From assembly GCA_052327205.1 (NCBI GenBank), contig CM126202.1, forward strand, positions 288,548,001-288,612,000: a stretch of 64,000 nt of DNA, in the 5' to 3' direction. This DNA comes from Somniosus microcephalus (Eukaryota). The notes below the pieces were generated by a model, which was not told the origin of the DNA, searched no databases, and worked only from the letters and a program-made list of their open reading frames with translations. Numbering within the stretch: the stretch's first letter is position 1; every line of letters begins with the position of its first letter. Made by a program: the position numbers and the translations under genes. Below are positions 1-14,200 of the stretch, in pieces.

Positions 1-139
1 CCGATCTACCCCCCGCAATGTCCGACCTTCTCCCCTCACGATGTCTGATATTCTCCCACGATGTCCAATCTTCCCCCGCAATGTCGGATCTTCCCCTTGC
101 TATGTCCGATCTTCCTTCACGATGTCTGATCTTCCCGCC

Positions 140-350
140 GCGATGTCCGATCTTCCCCTCGCGATGTCCGATCTTCCCCTTGCAATGTCCGATCTTCCCC
201 TCATTATATTCGATCTTCCTTCGCGATGTCCGATCTTCCCCGCGCGATGTCCGATCTTCCCCTCGCGATGTCCGATCTTCCCCTTGCAATGTCCGATCTT
301 CCCCTCATTATATTCGATCTTCCTTCGTGATGTCCGATCTTCCCCGCGCG
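140..350. repeat. Local tandem duplication, 104 bp (5 monomers)
   Basis: Rare variant TCATTATATTCG at 201 and 305 (offset 104); the paralogous block at ~15480 has only one copy. Confidence 0.8.
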
Positions 351-2029
351 ATGGCCGATCTTCCCCCGCGATGTCCGTTCTTCCCCCGCAATGCCCAATC
401 TTGCCCTCGCGATGTCCAATCTTGCCCCCGCGATATCCGATCTTGCCCGGCAATGTCGGATCTTCCCCCCGCGATGTACCATCTTCCCCCATGATGTCCG
501 ATCTTCCCCCACGATGTCCGATCATCCCCGCGCGATGTCCGATCTTCCCCCACGATGTCCGATCTTCCCCCTCGATGTCCGATCTTTCCTTCGAGAAGTC
601 CTATCTTCTCCCCACGGTGCCCGATCTTCCCCTCGTGATGTACGATCTCCCCCCGCGATGACTGAACTTCCCCCGTGATGTCCGAATTTCACCCCGCAAT
701 GCCCGATCTTCCCCTCGCAATGTCCGATCTTCCTCCGCAATGTCCGATCTTATCCCCGCAATGTCCGAATTTCCCCCGCAATGCCAGATCTTTCCCTCGA
801 GATGTCCGATCTTTCCCCACAATGTCCAATCTTCCCCCGCTATGTCAGGTCTTGCCCCGCAATGCCCAATCTTAACCCCGCAATGTCTGATCTTCCCCTG
901 TGATGTCCGATCTTCCCCACGCGATGTCCGATCTTCTCCCAAAATGTCTGATCTACCCCCTGCAATATTCAACCTTACCCCCGCAATGTCTGATCTTCCC
1001 CTATGATGTCCGATCTTCCCCCACGATGTCCGATTGTGCCCCGCCATGTCTGAACTTCCCGGCGCATTGTCGATCTTCCCCCGTGATGTCCGATCTTCCC
1101 CCACGATGTCCGATCTTCCCCTCGAGAAGTCCGATCTTCGCCCCATGGTGTCCGACCTTCCCCTCGCGATGGCCGATCTTCCCCCGCGATGTCCGTTCTT
1201 CCCCCGCGATGTCCGGTCTTCCCCTCGAGAAGTCCGATCTTCTCCCCACTGTGTCTGATCTTCCCCTCACGATGTCCAATCTTCCCCTCACAATGTCCGA
1301 TCTTCCCCCCACGATGTCCGATCTTTGCCTCGTGATGACCAATCTTTTATTCGCGATGACCGATCTTCCCCCCACGATGTCCGATCTTCCCTCAGGATGT
1401 CCAATCTTCCCCCGTAATGTCAGATCTTCCACCCGCGATGTCCGATTTTATCCGCGCGATGACCGATTCTCCCGCTGTGATTTCCGATCTTCCCCCGCAA
1501 TGTCAGATCTTCCCCTGCAATGTCCAATCTTCCCCCGTGATGTCCGATCATCCCCCTGTGGTGTCTGATCTTCCCCCGCGATGTCTGATCTTCCCCCGCA
1601 ATATTCGATCTTCCACCCGCGATGTCCGATCTTCTCCCCGTGATGTCTTATATTCCCCCGCCATGTCTGATCTTTCGCCGGCGATATCCGATCATTCGCT
1701 GCGATGTCCGATCTTCCCCCACGATGTCCGGTCATCCACCCGCGATGTCTGATCTTCCCCCCGTGATGTCCGATCTTCCCCCCACAATGTACGATCTTCC
1801 CCCCGTGATGTCCAATCTTCCCCCGTGATGTCCGATCTTCCCCCCGCAATGTCCAATCTTCCCCCCGTAATGTCAAATCTTCCGCTGACAATATCCAACC
1901 TTCTCCCCTCACAATGTCTGATCTTCACCCGCGATGCCCGATCTTCCCCCACGATGTCCGATGTTCCCCCACAATGTCCAATCTTCCCAACGCAATGTCC
2001 GATCTTCCACTTGCAATGTCCATTCTTCT

Positions 2030-3700
2030 CCCCTCACGATGTCTGATCTTCTCCCATGATGTGCGATCTTCCCCTTGCGATATTCGATCTTCCCGTCGCG
2101 ATATCCGATCTTCCACCGTAATGTCTGATCTTCCCCTCGCTATGTCCGATCTTCCTTCGCGATGTCTGATCTTCCTGCCGCGATGTCCGATCTTCCCCTC
2201 GCGATGTCCGATCTTCCCCTCGTTATAGCCGATCTTCCTTTGCGATGTCCGATCTTCCCCGCGCGATGCCCGATCTTCACCTCGCGATGTCCAATCTTTC
2301 CTCCATGATGTCCGATCTTCAGCCCACGATGTCCAATCTTCTCTCCGTGATGCCCGATCTTAGCCCCGTGATGTCCAATCTTCCCTCAGGATGTCCCATC
2401 TTCCCCCGCAATGTCCCATCTTCCCCCTGCGATGTCTGATCTTCCCGCCGTGATGTCCGATCTTCTTCCCGCGATGTCCGATCTTCCCCACGCAATGTCC
2501 GATCTTCCACTTGCAATGTCCATTCTTCTCCCCTCACGATGTCTGATCTTCTCCCGCGATGTCCGATCGTCCCCCGCGATGTCCGATCCTCCCTTCCTGA
2601 TGTCCAATCTTCCCCCGGGATGTCTGATCTTCCCCGCGAGGTCCGATTTTCCCCCCGCACTGTCCAATCTTCCCCCATGATGTCTGATCTTCCCCCAGGA
2701 TGTCCGATCCTCCCCGCAATGTAAGAACTTCCCCCTGCAATATCCGATCTTCCCTCTGCGACGACCGATCTTCCCCTTGCAATATCCGATCTACCCCCCG
2801 CAATGTCCTACCTTCTCCCCTCGCGATGTCTGATCTTCTCCCGCGATGTCCAATCTTCCCCCACGATGTGCGATCTTCCCCTTGCGATGTCCGATCTTCC
2901 CGTCGCGATATCCGATCTTCCACCGTAATGTCGGATCTTCCCCTCGCTATGTCCGATCTTCCTTCGCGATGTCTGATCTTCCCGCCGCAATGTCAGATCT
3001 TCCCCTCGCGATGTCCGATCTTCCCCTCGCGATGTCCGATCTTCCCCTCGTTATATCTGATCTTCCTTTGCGATGTCCGATCTTCCCCGCGCGATGTCCG
3101 ATCTTCGCCTCGCGATGTCCAATCTTTCCTCCGTGATGTCCGATCTTCTGCCCACGATGTCCAATCTTCTCTCCGTGATGCCCGATCTTAGCCCCGTGAT
3201 GTCCAATCTTCCCTCAGGATGTCCGATCTTCCCCCGCAATGTCCCATCTTCCCCCTGCGATGTCCGATCTTCCCGCCGTGATGTCCGATCTTCTTCCCGC
3301 GATGTCCGATCTTCCCCACGCAATGCCCGATCTTCCACTTGCAATGTCCATTCTTCTCCCCTCACGATGTCTGATCTTCTCCCGCGATGTCCGATCGTCC
3401 CCCGCGATGTACGATCTTCCCTTCCCAATGTCCAATCTTCCCCCATGATGTCCGATCTTCCCCCAGGATGTCCGATCCTCCCCGTGATGTAAGAACTTCC
3501 CCCCGCAATATCTGATCTTCCCTCCGCGACGACCGATCTTCCTCTTGCAATATCCGATCTACCCCCCGCAATGTCCGACCTTCTCCCCTCGTGATGTCTG
3601 ATCTTCTCCCGTGATGTCCAATCTTCCCCCGCGATGTGCGATCTTCCCCTCGCGATGTCCAATCTTCCCGTCGCGATATCCGATCTTCCACCGCAATGTC
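2030..3700. repeat. Higher-order tandem duplication, ~828 bp unit
   Basis: Matching ORF pairs 2245/3073, 2411/3239 and 2534/3362 are all offset by 828; both copies share the variant CTTAGCCCCGTG. Confidence 0.85.
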
Positions 3701-4979
3701 GGATTTTCTCCTCGCTATGTCCGATCATCCTTCGTGATGTCTGATATTCCCGCCGCGATGTCCGATCTTCCCCTCGCGATGTCCGATCTTCCCCTCGTGA
3801 TGTCCGATCTTCCCCGCGCGATGTCCGATCTTCGCCTCGCGATGTCCAATATTTCCTCCGCGATGTCCGATCTTCCCCCGCAATGTCCCATCTTCCACCT
3901 GCGATGTCTGATTTTATCCGCGCGATGACCAGTTCTCCCCCTGCGATGTCCGATCTTCCCCCGCGATGTCCGATCTTCCCCGCGATGTCCGATCTTCCCC
4001 CCGCGATGTCCGATCTTCTCCCCGCGATGTCCGATCTTCCCCCCGCGATGTCCGATCTTCCCCCGCGATGTCCGATCTTCCCCCGCGATGTCCGCTCTTC
4101 CCGCCGTGATGTCCGATGTACTCCCCGCGATGTCCGATCTTCCCACTGCTATGTCTGATCTTCCCCTGTGATGTCCGATCTTCCCCCCCCAATGTCCGAT
4201 CTTCCCCTCGCGATGAATGACCTTCCCCCGCGATGTCCGATCTTCCCTCATGATGATCGATCTTCGCCCGCGGTGTCCAATCTTCCCCTCGCGATGTCCG
4301 ATCTTCTCCCCACAATGTCCGATCTTCTCCCCACGATGTCCAATCTACCCCCCGCAATGTCTGATCTTCCCCCGCGATGTCCGATCTTCCTCCCGCAATG
4401 TCTGATCTTCTCCCTGCGATGTCCGATCTTTCCTCCACGAAGTCCAATCTTCGCCACGCAGTGTCCAATCTTTTCTCCACCATGTCCAAACTTCTCCCCG
4501 CGATGTCCGATCTTCCCCCCGTGATGCCCGATCTTCCCCCGTGATGTCTGATCTTCTCACCACGATGTCCGATCTTCCCCCGTGATGTCCAATCTTCCCC
4601 TGCGATGTCCGATCTTCTCACCACGATGTCCGATCTTCCCCCCGTGATGTCCAATCTTCCCCTGCGATGTCTGCTCTTCCCCCCGTAATGTCAGACCTTC
4701 CGCTCACGATATCCGACCTTCTCCCCTCATAATGTCTGATCTTCTCCCACGATGTCCGATCTTCCCCTGCGGTGTGCGAGCTTCCCCTCGTAATGTCTGA
4801 TCTTGCCCTCGCGATATCCGGTTATCCATCGCAATGTCGGATCTTCGCCCAGGATGTCCGATCTTCCCCCACGATGTCCGATGTTGCCCCAGAATGTCCA
4901 ATCTTCCCCACGCAATGTCCGATCTTCCACTTGCAATGTCCATTCTTCTCCCCTCGCGATGTCTGATCTTCTCCCGCGA

Positions 4980-7900
4980 TGTCCGATCATCCCCCGCGAT
5001 GTCCGATCGTCTCTTCCCGATGTCCAATCTTCCCCCGGGATGTCTGATCTTCCCCGCGATGTCCAATCTTCCCCCCGCAATGTCCAATCTTCCCCGTGAT
5101 GTCCAATCTTCCCCCGGGATGTCCGATCCTCCCCGCGATGGAAGAAATTCTCCCCACAATGTCCGATCTTCCCTCCGCGGCGGCCGATCTTCCCCTTGCA
5201 ATATCCGATCTAGCCCCGCAATGTCCGACCTTCTCCCCTCACGATGTCAGATCTTCTCCCGCGATGTCCAATCTTCCCCATGATGTGCGATCTTCCCCTC
5301 GCGATGTCTGATCTTCCCGTCGCGTTATCCGATCTTCCCCCGCAATGTCTGATCTTCCCCTCGCTATGTCCAATCTTCCTTTGCGATGTCTGATCTTCCC
5401 GCCGCGATGTCCGATCTTCCCCTTGCGATGTCCGATCTTCCTTCGCAATGTCCGATCTTCCCAGCGCGATGTCCGATCTTCGCCTCGCGATGTCCAATCT
5501 TTTCTCCGCGATGTCCGATCTTCTGCTCACGACGTCCAATCTTCTCTCCATGATGTCCGATCTTCCCCCCGCGATGTCCGATCTTCCCTCAGGATGTCCG
5601 ATCTTCCCCCGCAATGTCCCATCTTCCCCCTGCGATGTCCGATTTTATCCGCGCAATGACCAGTTCTCCCCCTGCGATGTCCGATCTTCCCCGCGATGTC
5701 CGATCTTCCCCCGCGATGTCCGATCTTCCCCCGCGATGTCCGATCTTCTCCCCGTGATTTCCGATCTTCCCCCCGCGATGTCTGATCTTCCCCCGCGATG
5801 TCCGATCTTCCACCGCGATGTCCGATATTCCCCCCGTAATGTCAGATTTTCCGCTCACGATATCCGACCTTCTCCCCTCACAATGTCTGATCTTCTCCCA
5901 CGATGTCCGATCTTCCCCTGCGGTGTGCGAGCTTCCCCTCGTGATGTCTGATCTTGCCCTTGCGATATCCGGTTATCCACCGCAATGTCGGATCTTCCCC
6001 CGCGATGTCCGATCTTCCCCCATGATGTCTGATGTTCCCCCACAATGTCCAATCTTCCCCACGCAATGTCCGATCTTCCACTTGCAGTGTCCATTCTTCT
6101 CCCCTCGCGATGTCTGATCTTCTCCCGCGATGTCCGATCTTCCCCCCGCAATGTCCAATCTTCCCCCGTGAGGTCCGATATTCCTCCGGGATGCCCGATC
6201 CTCCCCGCGATGGAAGAACTTCTCCCCGCAATGTCCGATCTTCCCTCCGCGATGACCGATCTTCCCCTTGCAATATCCGATCTACCCCCCGCAATATCCG
6301 ATCTACCCCCCACAATGTCCGACCTTCTCCCTTCACGATGTCTGATATTCTCCCGCAATGTCCGATCTTCCACCCGCGATGTCCGATTTTATCCGCGCGA
6401 TGACCGATTCTCCCCCTGTGATTTCTGATCTTCCCCCGCAATGTCAGATCTTCCCCCGCAATGTCCAATCTTCCCCCGTGATGTCCGATCATCCCCCTGT
6501 GGTGTCTGATCTTCCCCCGCGATGTCTGATCTTCCCCCGCAATATTCGATCTTCCACCCGCGATGTCCGATCTTCTACCCGCGATGTCTTATATTCCCCC
6601 GCCATGTCTGATCTTTCGCCGGTGATATCCGATCATTCGCTGCGATGTCCGATCTTCCCCCGCGATGTCCGGTCATCCCCCCGCGATGCCCGATCTTCCC
6701 CCCGTGATGTCCGATCTTCCCCCCACGATGTACGATCTTCCCCCCGTGATGTCCAATCTTCCCCCGCGATGTCTGATCTTCCCCCCGCAATGTCCAATCT
6801 TCCCCCCGTAATGTCAAATCTTCCGCTGACAATATCCAACCTTCTCCCCTCACAAAGTCTGATCTTCCCCCGCGATGTCCGATCTTCCCCCACGATGTCC
6901 GATGTTCCCCCACAATGTCCAATCTTCCCAACGCAATGTCCGATCTTCCACTTGCAATGTCCATTCTTCTCCCCTCACGATGTCTGATCTTCTCCCGCGA
7001 TGTCCGATCGTCCCCCGCGAAGTCCGATCGTCCCTTCCCGATGTCCAATCTTCCCCCGGGATGTCTGATCTTCCCCGCGATGTCCGATTTTCCCCCCGCA
7101 CTGTCCATTCTTCCCCCATGATGTCTGATCTTCCCCCAGGATGTCTGATCCTCCCCGCAATGTAAGAACTTCCCCCCGCAATATCCGATCTTCCCTCCGC
7201 GACGACCGATCTTCCCCTTGCAATATCCGATCTACCCCCGCAATGTCCTACCTTCTCCCCTCGCGATGTCTGATCTTCTCCCGCGATGTCCAATCTTCCC
7301 CCACGATGTGCGATCTTCCCCTTGCGATGTCCGATCTTCCCGTCGTGATATCCGATCTTCCACCGCAATGTCGGATCTTCCCCTCGCTATGTCCGATCTT
7401 CCTTCGCGATGTCTGACCTTCCTGCCGCGATGTCCGATCTTCCCCTCGCAATGTCCGATCTTCCCCTCGCGATGTCCGATCTTCCCCTCGTTATATCCGA
7501 TCTTCCTTTGCGATGTCCGATCTTCCCCGCGCGATGTCCGACCTTCGCCTCGCGATGTCCAATCTTTCCTCCGTGATGTCAGATCTTCTGCCCACGATGT
7601 CCAATCTTCTCTCCGTGATGCCCGATCTTCCCCCCGTGATGTCCAATCTTCCCTCAGGATGTCCGATCTTCCCCCGCAATGTCCCATCTTCCCCCTGCGA
7701 TGTCCGATCTTCCCCCGCGATGTCCGATCTTCCCCCGTGATATCCGATCTTCCCCCCGCGATGTCCGATCTTCCCCTCGTTATATCCGATCTACCCCCGC
7801 AATGTCCTACCTTCTCCCCTCACGATGTCTAATCTTCTCCCGCGATGTCCAATCTTCCCCCACAATGTGCGATCTTCCCCTTGCGATGTCCGATGTTCCC

Positions 7901-9920
7901 GTCGCGATATCCGATCTTCCACCACAATGTCGGATCTTCCCCTCGTTATGTCCGATCTTCCTTCGCGATGTCTGATCTTCCTGCCGCGATGTCCGATCTT
8001 CCCCTCGTTATATCCGATCTTCCTTTGCGATGTCCGATCTTCCCCGCGCGATGTCCGATCTTCGCCTCGCGATGTCCAATCTTTCCTCCGTGATGTCCGA
8101 TCTACTGCCCACGATGTCCAATCTTCTCTCCGTGATGCCCGATCTTCCCCCCGTGATGTCCAATCTTCCCTCAGGATGTCCGATCTTCCCCCGCAATGTC
8201 CCATCTTCCCCCTGCGATGTTCGATCATCCCCCACGATGTCCGATCGTCTCTTCCCGATGTCCAATCTTCCCCCGGGATGTCTGATCTTCCCCGCGATGT
8301 CCAATCTTCCCCCCGCAATGTCCAATCTTCCCCGTGATGTCCAATCTTCCCCCGGGATGTCCGATCCTCCCCGCGATGGAAGAAATTCTCCCCACAATGT
8401 CCGATCTTCCCTCCGCGGCGGCCGATCTTCCCCTTGCAATATCCAATCTACCCCCCGCAATGTCCGACCTTCTCCCCTCACGATGTCAGATCTTCTCCCG
8501 CGATGTCCAATCTTCCCCATGATGTGCGATCTTCCCCTCGCGATGTCTGATCTTCCCGTCGCGTTATCCGATCTTCCCCCGCAATGTCTGATCTTCCCCT
8601 CGCTATGTCCGATCTTCCTTTGCGATGTCTGATCTTCCCGCCGCGATGTCCGATCTTCCCCTTGCGATGTCCGATCTTCCTTCGCAATGTCCGATCTTCC
8701 CCGCGCGATGTCCGATCTTCGCCTCGCGATGTCCAATCTTTTCTCCGCGATGTCCGATCTTCTGCTCACGACGTCCAATCTTCTCTCCATGATGTCCGAT
8801 CTTCCCCCCGCGATGTCCGATCTTCCTTCAGGATGTCCGATCTTCCCCCGCAATGTCCCATCTTCCCCCTGCGATGTCCGATTTTATCCGCACAATGACC
8901 AGTTCTCCCCCTGCGATATCCGATCTTCCCCGCGATGTACGATCTTCCCCCGCGATGTCCGATCTTCCCCCCGCGATGTCCGATCTTCTCCCCGTGATTT
9001 CCGATCTTCCCCCCGCGATGTCTGATCTTCCCCCGCGATGTCCGATCTTCCGCCGCGATGTCCGATATTCCCCCCGTAATGTCAGATTTTCCGCTCACGA
9101 TATCCGACCTTCTCCCCTCACAATGTCTGATCTTCTCCCATGATGTCCGATCTTCCCCTGCGGTGTGCGAGCTTCCCCTCGTGATGTCTGATCTTGCCCT
9201 TGCGATATCCGGTTATCCACCGCAATGTCGGATCTTCCCCCGCGATGTCCGATCTTCCCCCATGATGTCTGATGTTCCCCCACAATGTCCAATCTTCCCC
9301 ACGCAATGTCCGATCTTCCACTTGCAGTGTCCATTCTTCTCCCCTCGCGATGTCTGATCTTCTCCCGCGATGTCCGATCTTCCCCCCGCAATGTCCAATC
9401 TTCCCCCGTGAGGTCCGATCTTCCTCCGGGATGTCCGATCCTCCCCGCGATGTAAGAACTTCTCCCCGCAATGTCCGATCTTCCCTCCGCGATGACCGAT
9501 CTTCCCCTTGCAATATCCGATCTACCCCCCACAATGTCCGACCTTCTCCCCTCACGATGTCTGATATTCTCCCGCAATGTCCGATCTTCCACCCGCGATG
9601 TCCGATTTTATCCGCGCGATGACCGATTCTCCCCCTGTGATTTCTGATCTTCCCCCGCAATGTCAGATCTTCCCCCGCAATGTCCAATCTTCCCCCGTGA
9701 TGTCCGATCATCCCCCTGTGGTGTCTGATCTTCCCCCGCGATGTCTGATCTTCCCCCGCAATATTCGATCTTCCACCCGCGATGTCCGATCTTCTACCCG
9801 CGATGTCTTATATTCCCCCGCCATGTCTGATCTTTCGCCGGTGATATCCGATCATTCGCTGCGATGTCCGATCTTCCCCCGCGATGTCCGGTCATCCCCC
9901 CGCGATGCCCAATCTTCCCC
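4980..9920. repeat. Block ~4980-6700 repeated at ~8220-9920 (offset ~3,239)
   Basis: Private markers CGTCTCTTCCCG, GGAAGAAATTCTCCCCAC and GCGGCGGCCG were seen only in these two copies. ORF pairs 5239/8478, 5448/8687 and 5818/9058 are offset 3239-3240, shifting to 3219 (one monomer) at 6358/9577. Confidence 0.9.
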
Positions 9921-11330
9921 CCGTGATATCCGATCTACCCCCCGCAATGTCCGACCTTCTCCCCTCACGATGTCAGATCTTCTCCCGCGATGTCCAATCT
10001 TCCCCATGATGTGCGATCTTCCCCTCGCGATGTCTGATCTTCCCGTCGCGTTATCCGATCTTCCCCCGCAATGTCTGATCTTCCCCTCGCTATGTCCGAT
10101 CTTCCTTTGCGATGTCTGATCTTCCCGCCGCGATGTCCGATCTTCCCCTTGCGATGTCCGATCTTCCTTCGCAATGTCCGATCTTCCCCGCGCGATGTCC
10201 GATCTTCGCCTTGCGATGTCCAATCTTTTCTCCGCGATGTCCGATCTTCTGCTCACGACGTCCAATCTTCTCTCCATGATGTCCGATCTTCCCCCCGCGA
10301 TGTCCTATCTTCCCTCAGGATGTCCGATCTTCCCCCGCAATGTCCCATCTTCCCCCTGCGATGTCCGATTTTATCCGCGCAATGACCAGTTCTCCCCCTG
10401 CGATGTCCGATCTTCCCCGCGATGTCCGATCTTCCCCCGCGATGTCCGATCTTCCCCCCGCGATGTCCGATCTTCTCCCCATGATTTCCGATCTTCCCCC
10501 CGCGATGTCTGATCTTCCCCCGCGATGTCCGATCTTCTGCCGCGATGTCCGATATTCCCCCCGTAATTTCAGATCTTCCGCTCACGATATCCGACCTTCT
10601 CCCCTCACAATGTCTGATCTTCTCCCACGATGTCCGATCTTCCCCTGCGGTGTGCGAGCTTCCCCTCGTGATGTCTGATCTTGCCCTTGCGATATCCGGT
10701 TATCCACCGCAATGTCGGATCTTCCCCCGCGATGTCCGATCTTCCCCCATGATGTCCGATGTTCCCCCACAATGTCCAATCTTCCCCACGCAATGTCCGA
10801 TCTTCCACTTGCAGTGTCCATTCTTCTCCCCTCGCGATGTCTGATCTTCTCCCGCGATGTCCGATCTTCCCCCCGCAATGTCCAATCTTCCCCCGTGAGG
10901 TCCGATCTTCCTCCGGGATGTCCGATCCTCCCCGCGATGTAAGAACTTCTTCCCGCAATGTCCGATCTTCCCTCCGCGATGACCGATCTTCCCTTTGCAA
11001 TATCCGATCTACCCCCCACAATGTCCGACCTTCTCCCCTCACGATGTCTGATATTCTCCCGCAATGTCCGATCTTCCACCCGCGATGTCCGATTTTATCC
11101 GCGCGATGACCGATTCTCCCCGTGATTTCTGATCTTCCCCCGCAATGTCAGATCTTCCCCCGCAATGTCCAATCTTCCCCCGTGATGTCCGATCATCCCC
11201 CTGTGGTGTCTGATCTTCCCCCGCAATATTCGGTCTTCCACCCACGATGTCCGATCTTCTACCCGCGATGTCTTATATTCCCCCGCCATGTCTGATCTTT
11301 CGCCGGTGATATCCGATCATTCGCTGCGAT
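8450..11330. repeat. Higher-order tandem duplication, ~1,487 bp unit
   Basis: ORF pairs 8478/9965, 8687/10174, 9058/10545 and 9213/10700 are all offset by 1487 with near-identical translations. Confidence 0.9.
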
Positions 11331-11334
11331 GTCT

Positions 11335-14200
11335 GATCTTCCCCCGCGATGTCCGATCTTCCCCCACGATGTCTGATGTTCCCCCACAATGTCCAATCTT
11401 CCCAACGCAATGTCCGATCTTCCACTTGCAATGTCCATTCTTCTCCCCTCACGATGTCTGATCTTCTCCCGCGATGTCCGATCGTCCCCCGCGAAGTCCG
11501 ATCGTCCCTTCCCGATGTCCAATCTTCCCCCGGGATGTCTGATCTTCCCCGCGATGTCCGATTTTCCCCCCGCACTGTCCATTCTTCCCGCATGATGTCT
11601 GATCTTCCCCCAGGATGTCCGATCCTCCCCGCAATGTAAGAACTTCCCCCCGCAATATCCGATCTTCCCTCCGCGACGACCGATCTTCCCCTTGCAATAT
11701 CCGATCTACCCCCGCAATGTCCTACCTTCTCCCCTCGCGATGTCTGATCTTCTCCCGCGATGTCCAATCTTCCCCCACGATGTGCGATCTTCCCCTTGCG
11801 ATGTCCGATCTTCCCGTCGGGATATCCGACCTTCCACCGCAATGTCGGATCTTCCCCTCGCTATGTCCGATCTGCCTTCGCGATGTCTGATCTTCCTGCC
11901 GCGATGTCCGATCTTCCCCTCGCGATGTCCGATCTTCCCCTCGCGATGTCCGATCTTCCCCTCGTTATATCCGATCTTCCTTTGCGATGTCCGATCTTCC
12001 CCGCGCGATGTCCGATCTTCGCCTCGCGATGTCCAATCTTTCCTCCGTGATGTCCGATCTTCTGCCCACGATATCCAATCTTCTCTCCGTGATGCCCGAT
12101 CTTCCCCCCGTGATGTCCAATCTTCCCTCAGGATGTCCGATCTTCCCCCGCAATGTCCAATCTTCCCCACGCAATGTCCGATCTTCCACTTGCAGTGTCC
12201 ATTCTTCTCCCCTCGCGATGTCTGATCTTCTCCCGCGATGTCCGATCTTCCCCCCGCAATGTCCGATATTCCCCCCGTAATTTCAGATCTTCCGCTCATG
12301 ATATCCGACCTTCTCCCCTCACAATGTCTGATCTTCTCCCACGATGTCCGATCTTCCCCTGTGGTGTGCGAGCTTCCCCTCGTGATGTCTGATCTTGCCC
12401 TTGCGATATCCGGTTATCCACCGCAATGTCGGATCTTCCCCCGCGATGTCCGATCTTCCCCCATGATGTCCGATGTTCCCCCACAATGTCCAATCTTCCC
12501 CACGCAATGTCCGATCTTCCACTTGCAGTGTCCATTCTTCTCCTCTCGCGATGTCTGATCTTCTCCCGCGATGTCCGATCTTCCCCCCGCAATGTCCAAT
12601 CTTCCCCCGTGAGGTCCGATCTTCCTCCGGGATGTCCGATCCTCCCCGCGATGTAAAAACTTCTCCCCGCAATGTCCGATCTTCCCTCCGCGATGACCGA
12701 TCTTCCCCTTGCAATATCCGATCTACCCCCCACAATGTCCAACCTTCTCCCCTCACGATGTCTGATATTCTCCCGCAATGTCCGATCTTCCACCCGCGAT
12801 GTCCGATTTTATCCGCGCGATGACCGATTCTCCCCCTGTGATTTCTGATCTTCCCCCGCAATGTCAGATCTTCCCCCGCAATGTCCAATCTTCCCCCGTG
12901 ATGTCCGATCATCCCCCTGTGGTGTCTGATCTTCTCCCGCGATGTCTGATCTTCCCCCGCAATATTCGATCTTCCACCCGCGATGTCCGATCTTCTACCC
13001 GCGATGTCTTATATTCCCCCGCCATGTCTGATCTTTCGCCGGTGATATCCGATCATTCGCTGCAATGTCCGATCTTCCCCCGCGATGTCCAGTCATCCCC
13101 CCGCGATGCCCGATCTTCCCCCGTGATGTCCGATCTTCCCCCCACGATGTACGATCTTCCCCCCGTGATGTCCAATCTTCCCCCGCGATGTCCGATCTTC
13201 CCCCCGCAATGTCCAATCTTCCCCCCGTAATGTCAAATCTTCCGCTGACAATATCCAACCTTCTCCCCTCACAATGTCTGATCTTCCCCCGCGATGTCCG
13301 ATCTTCCCCCACGATGTCTGATGTTCCCCCACAATGTCCAATCTTCCCAACGCAATGTCCGATCTTCCACTTACAATGTCCATTCTTCTCCCCTCACGAT
13401 GTCTGATCTTCTCCCGCGATGTCCGATCGTCCCCCGCGAAGTCCGATCGTCCCTTCCCGATGTCCAATCTTCCCCCGGGATGTCTGATCTTCCCCGCGAT
13501 GTCCGATTTTCCCCCCGCACTGTCCATTCTTCCCCCATGATGTCTGATCTTCCCCCAGGATGTCCGATCCTCCCCGCAATGTAAGAACTTCCCCCCGCAA
13601 TATCCGATCTTCCCTCCGCGACGACCGATCTTCCCCTTGCAATATCCGATCTACCCCCGCAATGTCCTACCTTCTCCCCTCGCGATGTCTGATCTTCTCC
13701 CGCGATGTCCAATCTTCCCCCACGATGTGCGATCTTCCCCTTGCGATGTCCGATCTTCCCGTCGCGATATCCGATCTTCCACCGCAATGTCGGATCTTCC
13801 CCTCGCTATGTCCGATCTTCCTTCGCGATGTCTGATCTTCCTGCCGCGATGTCCGATCTTCCCCTCGCGATGTCCAATCTTCCCCTCGCGATGTCCGATC
13901 TTCCCCTCGTTATATCCGATCTTCCTTTGCGATGTCCGATCTTCCCCGCGCGATGTCCGATCTTCGCCTCACGATGTCCAATCTTTCCTCCGTGATGTCC
14001 GATCTTCTGCCCACGATGTCCAATCTTCTCTCCGTGATGCCCGATCTTCTCCCCGTGATGTCCAATCTTCCCTCAGGATGTCCGATCTTCCCCCGCAATG
14101 TCCCATCTTCCCCCTGCGATGTCCGATCTTCCCCCGCGATGTCCGATCTTCCCCCGTGATATCCGATCTTCCCCCCGCGATGTCCGATCTTCTCCCCGCG
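11335..14200. repeat. Further copies of the ~5.8-7.8 kb block (offsets 4,474, ~6,420, 1,714 and 1,945)
   Basis: ORF sets 6875/11349/13294, 6358/12778, 7218/11692/13637 and 10700/12414 are near-identical. Confidence 0.85.
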
